This document shows, one piece after another, positions 47,821-53,903 of a stretch of DNA of 53,903 nucleotides (position 1 is the first letter of the stretch; each line of letters opens with the position of its first letter). The notes under the pieces are model-generated. The model worked only from the letters and a program-made list of their open reading frames with translations, was not told the origin of the DNA and ran no database searches. This DNA comes from Azolla caroliniana (taxonomy: Eukaryota > Plantae > Polypodiophyta). The position numbers and the translations under genes are program-made. The stretch lies in NCBI GenBank assembly GCA_043228905.1, contig JBHGNT010000200.1, positions 1 to 53,903 on the forward strand, read 5' to 3'.

Positions 47821-49342
47821 CGCGTGGATTCCGCAACCACGCAATGAAGCAGTGAAGAGCCGATCTACAGTGCAAAGCCGCGAAGAAAGACGCAAGCCGA
47901 AGCACAAACTTCGTAACTACGCACAACGCAAGCTGGAGCACGGATTCCGAAACTCCGCATAAAGCAAGTCGACGTGGACTCCGGAACGCGAGTTGAAGTA
48001 GATTTCGAATACCATCTGAAACCGACCCGACTTGAGCTTGAGGGGGCATGTTGAGAATCAAGCTCAACTTGGTATAGTATGTGAACTCACCTTGAGAGTG
48101 AAGAGACACTCCAACAGTCAAGAGTCACCATTATGTCACTAGTTTGTATTCTAGCATTTAGTATGAGTCATAGAATCATATTCTATGACACATAACTTAT
48201 GAGCTTTCACATTCCCCATGCTCCATGAGTCTTGTAGTTAATGAAGAGAGAGGGTGACTACATAAAGCACCCTCCTCCCACCATGTATAATGTTGAGTCT
48301 TTCTCCTATGTCAATAGACTTTTACCTTGCGTATTCTTTGTGTTTCACTCTCACTCTCTCTCTCTCTCTCTTACACACACACACACATAACTCATATCTC
48401 TTCCGCTTCACAAGAATCCATCTCTTGATTCTTTACAAAAATATTATCTATCTAAGCATGCTAATAAAGCAGAAAAGAGGTCTATTATAAGTCTTTATTC
48501 TTTGGGTAGCGATACGATTTAAGTGTTGACAAGTATGTTTGTGCACATACATTTGAATACTATTGAGATATTTAATGTTTAAAGCACAGAAGCTCAATGT
48601 TAGTAAACGATTTCCACAACTTAGTAAAAGAATCTCGACAATTGCAGGCTTCGAACCTACGAGGGCGAACACATTTGATTTCAAATCAACCGCCTTAACT
48701 ACTCGGCCAAATTGCCATTTTTTGTTGGCTTTTATGAGATAGTACAACCACCATAAGCACTCGGGCAAAGTGTTTCTAGTTTTCATGAATCGATTTGAGT
48801 ATTGTCCACACTAAAATGTTGGAGATATTATCTATCTAAGCTTGATAATAAGCGAACCAAAACGCTAGAAAGAGTAGTTATTCTTAAGGTAATACTACTA
48901 TTTATGTGTTCACTAGTAGGTTATCGCAGTTATATTTCACTAGGTGAGCTTGTGTTTACGATACCTACGGAAGCCAATGTTCAAAAATGCATCTTAGAAA
49001 GTTTAGTTTTCTCTGTGTGGTGACCAATGCTTTCTAAGATGGGATATTTATTGTTGAGCACATGTCAAGCTCGATATAAGTTACTAGCAATAATACCTAA
49101 GTGCAAAAATCTCGACAACTGCAATATTTGAATTTACGAGGAAGAACCCATTTGATTTCGAGTCAAACACCTTAACCACTCGGCCAAATTGTCATACTAG
49201 CTTTATATTGCGAAAATTGTTCCATGGGACTTAAGAAGTCATGCTTGTGTGCGTGTCACATTGCTAAGACGGAAGATGCATTGGTTCACATCACAAAATA
49301 TCGATGTTATTGAAAGTAGTCAACAACTAACTGAAACAAAGT

Positions 49343-49423
49343 CGACAACTGCAAGATTCGAACATACGAGGGCGAACCCATTTGATTTCTAGTCAAACGC
49401 CTTAACCACTCAGCCAAGTTGTC
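49343..49423 (-). tRNA. tRNA-Ser(AGA), duplicate of 5700-5780
   Basis: same sequence. Confidence 0.55.
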
Positions 49424-50243
49424 CTATTTTGCTCTTTGTCATAGTTACATATTTTAGTATTGGTTGTAATTAAATGTAGCAAATATTATATATCTAAGCA
49501 TGCTAATAAAGCAGAAAAGAGGACTAGTATAAGTCTTTATTCTTTGGGTAGTGATATGATTTAAGTGTTGACAAGTATGTTAGTGCACATACATTTAAAT
49601 ACTATTGGGATATTTAATGTTTAAAGCACAAAAGCTCAATGTTAGTAAATAGTTTCCACAACATAGTAAAAGAATCTCGACAATTGTAAGATTTGAACCT
49701 ACAAGGGTGAACCCATATGATTTCAAGTCAAACGCCTTAACCACTCGGCCAAATTGCCATATTTGGTTGGCTTCTACCATGAAATAGTACAACTATGAAT
49801 ATTTTGGGCAATCCGTCTAATGATTATCTTAGTTAGCATTTTGTTAATGCAAAAATATTCAGTTATATTAGGAAATTTTGAAAATATGGAGTCGGGCTAA
49901 TATTAACACATTTGGCTCTAGGGGTTAAATATTCATAATAGATGTCGCCTCTCTAAATTGGGATATGTATTGGTTTGCCACACAATGACTTGATGTAAAT
50001 CAAAGACGACAACATCAAAGATTCTAAAAGAAAGTCTACCAAATGTAGGATTCTAAGCTCCAAGAAGCAAACATTTGATTTTGAATCAACCACCATAAGT
50101 AGTCGGGAAAATTGTTTCTAGTTTTCATGAATCGATTTGAGTGTTGTGCACACTAAAATGTTGGAGATACTACCTATCTAAGCTTGATAATAAGCAATCC
50201 AAAAACGCACGAAGGAGTAGTTATTCCTAAGGGAAAAGAATGT

Positions 50244-50324
50244 CGACAACTGCAGGATTCGAACCTACGAGGGCAAACCCATTTGATTTCAAGACGAACG
50301 CCTTAACCACTCGGCCAAGTTGTC
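50244..50324 (-). tRNA. tRNA-Ser(TGA), duplicate of 6601-6681
   Basis: same sequence. Confidence 0.5.
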
Positions 50325-51876
50325 CTTTTTTGCTATTAATGATAGTTACATATTTTAGTATTATTTGGAATTAAATGTTGCAAATATTATCTTTCTAAGC
50401 ATGCTAATAAAGCAGGAAACATGACAATTATAAGTCTTTATTTTTTCTCCAATCCCTGGGGAACCTAATATTAACACATGGGACATTAAAAGTCATGTTT
50501 CCTCTGTGAGTCTTGTTCCTAAAATGGGATATTTACTATTTAAAGAATAGAAGCTCAATGTTAGTGAACAATTTCAAACACCTAAATGGAAGAATGCAAT
50601 GTTAGTGAACAGTTTCAACACCTAAATGGAAGAATGTTGGCAACTGCAGTATTCGAACCTGCGAGGGCGAACCCATTTGCTTTCAAGTCAAACACCTTAA
50701 CCAATCGCCCAAATTACCGTATTTTGTTGGCATGTACTATCTATGCTTGATAATAAGCGAAAGAAAAATGCCAGAAAGAGTAGTTATTCTTAAGGTAATG
50801 CTACTCTTTATGTGTTCACTACTAGCTTATTGCAATTATATTTCATTAGGTAAGCCTGTTTTAATGATAGATAGGGAAGCCAATGTTCACAAATGTGTTA
50901 AATTTTTTTTAGTTTACTCTATATGTTGACCACTTCTTCCTAAGATGGGATATTTATTTTATAGCTTATGTCAAGCTCAAACCTACGAGGGGGAACACAT
51001 TTCATATCTACTCAAACGCCTTAACAACTCAGCTTAATTTTCCTATGTAGCCATCTACGATAACATATTTTAGTATTGGTTGTAATTAAATGTTGGAAAT
51101 ATGTTCTATCTAAGCATGCTAATAAGGTAGGAAATTGGGAAAGAATGAGTCTTTATTCTTTGGGTAGCGATACGATTTAAGTTTTCACAAGTATGTTAGT
51201 GCACATACATTAGATTACTATTGGGATATTTAATGTTTAAAGCATAAAAGCTCAATGTTTGTAAAAAGTTTCCAAAACATAGTAAAAGAATCTCGACAAC
51301 TATAGGATTCGAACCTACGAGGGCGAACCCATTTGATTTCATTTCAAACGCCTTAACCACTCGGCCAAATTGCCATATTTTGTTGGCTTTTAGCGTGAGA
51401 TAATAAAACTATTAATATTTTGGGCAATTCGTCTAATGATTTTCTTAGTTTGCGTTATGTTAATGCAGAAATATTCGGTTATATTAGGAAATTTTCAAAA
51501 TATGGAGTCGGGCTAATATTGACACATTTGGCTTACGCGGTCAAATATTCATGATAGATGTTGCCTCTATAAATGTTGATATGTATTGGTTTGCCACAAA
51601 ATGGGTCTATTTAAATCAACGACGACAACATCAAAGATTTTAAAGAAAATTCCAAACATGTAGGATTCCAAGCTCCGAGAAGCAAACATTTGATTTTGAG
51701 TCCACCACGGTCATAAGTAGTCGGGAAAATTGTTTCTAGTTTTTATGAATCGATTTTAGTATTGTCCACATTAAAATGTTGGAGATATTATCTATCTAAG
51801 CTTGATAATAAGCAAACCAAAAACACATAAAGGAATAGTTATTCTTAATGGAAAGGAATGTTGACAATTGGAGGAC

Positions 51877-51892
51877 TATCGTGACTCGTGAG

Positions 51893-51940
<48 letters not shown>

Positions 51941-53903
51941 GACTTGAAATGGAAATGAGATTATATTATGAGATAAGACTTGAAATGGAAATGAGATTAT
52001 ATTATGAGATAAGACTTGAAATGGAAATGAGATTATATTATGAGGAAACAAGGTTACAAAGAGTAGGCTAAGGGCTAATCCGTAATGAACTCCAATGAAA
52101 TAGATTTCTGTGGACTCTCAGGAATAGGCATTGGCTGTAATAAGCCATATGGATGATGTCGAGTTCTTTTGGATCGGCAATATGTATCACAATTACAAAC
52201 ATATTCCGTAACAAAATGGCGAAGTCCTGGCCACCAATACCTTCGAGAAATTAACGTGAAAGTCTTGTGGATGGCGAAATGTCCAACCATTGGTGCGTCA
52301 TGACATTGTTGCAAGTCTGGGTGTCGTGAAGGACCATCAGGCACATATAAGAGATTTTGTCGAAAAAGTAATCCATCATGCCAATTGAACTAGTTGTAGT
52401 CTTGACGAGGATTTTGATATTGTTAACAAGAAGCACGATCTAGGATAATATGGTTCAGAATGTCTTGGGTGAATTCATCAGTCGCAATATGCTCCCGAAT
52501 AGAGTCCAGAAGTCTTGAATCCCCGGGTGTGTCTGTAACATGAAATGCCATTAGTTCTAGATGGTCAAGACCAGAGAGGATTTGCTTCTGACTTTCATGT
52601 GGCCTCTCCTGGTTGAAGTTCCATATATGAACACCGAGATAAAGCATCTGCTTTTCCTTGTTGCGTCCCCGGGCGATATTCCCCATTTTTTGCAAACATT
52701 GGGTACCATCCTTGTTCGACTATCCTTGAACATCCCGAATCTCGACGAACCCGATTGTTGAAGATCGGCTCAGCCGACTCCAAGAAGTTCAAGATATTGA
52801 TTTGCACTGTTGATGTGATGCTTAAAACACTCAAAAGAAGGTTGCAGACCGTCATCGACGTGATTCATTGACTATGTTTCAAGTGGGAGATTGAGTATGG
52901 GTTTTACAAGGTGACATTAAAACAACTGGACCTTGCTGCAAATTGGAATATCAACGTTTTGGCCTATATGTGATATTTTGTAAGATTAATGATGTGGCAT
53001 TTTGCCTTGAGCTCCCCCGTCATATGCGTCTTCACCCGGTCTTCCATGTTTCATTTTGGAGCCCTACAAAACCAACTCTATTCCAGGTTGTCTTACATCT
53101 CCTCCACCTCCAATCGAAGTTTCAAATGGCTTCGAAGATAAAGTTTCTTCCATTCTCGATTCCAAGATCGTTCACAACAAATTGTAATATTTGGTTGACT
53201 AGTTAGGTTATACACCTAATGATCGAACATGGGAAGATTTCGAGAATCTTGCTAATGCTTCCGAAATGGTTGCTGTGTTTCACAACAAATATTCCCATAA
53301 GCAAAGTCCGAAATCTTGTCTTCCGACCAGTGGAACTCGTTGTTGAAAAGGGAGGATAATGTCATGAAGACATACATTTTGGCCTTACAAGGATTTGATC
53401 CCAAGACGTCTTTGTCTATATGTTAGACCTTTAACCATTATAATAACATATATGACATATATTTATAATAAATATATTATTAGTTATTACAAGATATATA
53501 GAGTATTCTAGAATATTCTAGAACATTCCAGGATATTCCATGATTATATTAAATATCATTAATATCTAGAATATTCTAGAACATTCTAGAATACTCCATA
53601 AGGATCTATAAATAGGTGTCTATTCATTCATCACAACTTATTCGGTTCAACACCAATCTTTAGCCCTTAGCCTACTCTTTGTAACCTTGTTTCCTGAAAA
53701 GAATAGCGTGCGGAAGCAATAGAAAACTGAACACAGAAAATACGCAGGTTTAATGGAGAGGTTGAATATAAACAATATGCAGGACTGACATAGAGAGAGA
53801 ACACACAGAAACTCAATTCAAAATAATACTCAATCTGTACATACACCGTGCTCAGTGATCACCTTTTATACAAGCCCTGACAATCGGGCTGACACAAGTA
53901 CTT
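51877..53903. mobile_element. rearranged chromovirus copy 3 plus start of nested solo LTR (duplicate of 8234-10260)
   Basis: same sequence. Confidence 0.85.

Larger units (their letters stand above)
48438..51876 (-). repeat. tRNA-Ser-derived array, block 6 (duplicate of block 1)
   Basis: units at 48636, 49113, 49343, 49678, 50244, 50638, 51294. Confidence 0.9.
44476..53903 (+). repeat. near-identical segmental duplicate of 834-10260
   Basis: ORF track repeats at offset 43642/43643; only two differences noticed. Confidence 0.97.

Overview
Gene-poor, heterochromatin-like eukaryotic DNA, most likely from a non-seed land plant. This is inferred from a plant-type MA3/MRF fragment, Tcn1-like chromoviruses and Tat-like gypsy elements. 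The backbone is a tandem array of minus-strand tRNA-Ser genes and pseudogenes: roughly 30 full-length or near-full-length copies plus about 20 truncated or deeply decayed ones. They carry anticodons AGA, TGA and CGA and are organised as a higher-order repeat of diverged tRNA+spacer monomers. Only the copy at 22697-22777 matches the array consensus perfectly. The array is interrupted by at least 8 LTR-retrotransposon families. These include one intact, very young 6967-bp Tat-like gypsy element with a second RNase H, and a rearranged head-to-head chromovirus inserted in a tRNA T-arm and present in three copies, one of which captured an MA3-domain host-gene fragment in frame with its chromodomain. 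There is also a chromovirus with a self-priming signature, two complementary halves of one copia insertion, and tRNA-Trp-primed gypsy elements. The region has been repeatedly duplicated: 834-10260 recurs almost identically at 44476-53903. No intact cellular protein-coding gene is visible. All alignments were done by eye.
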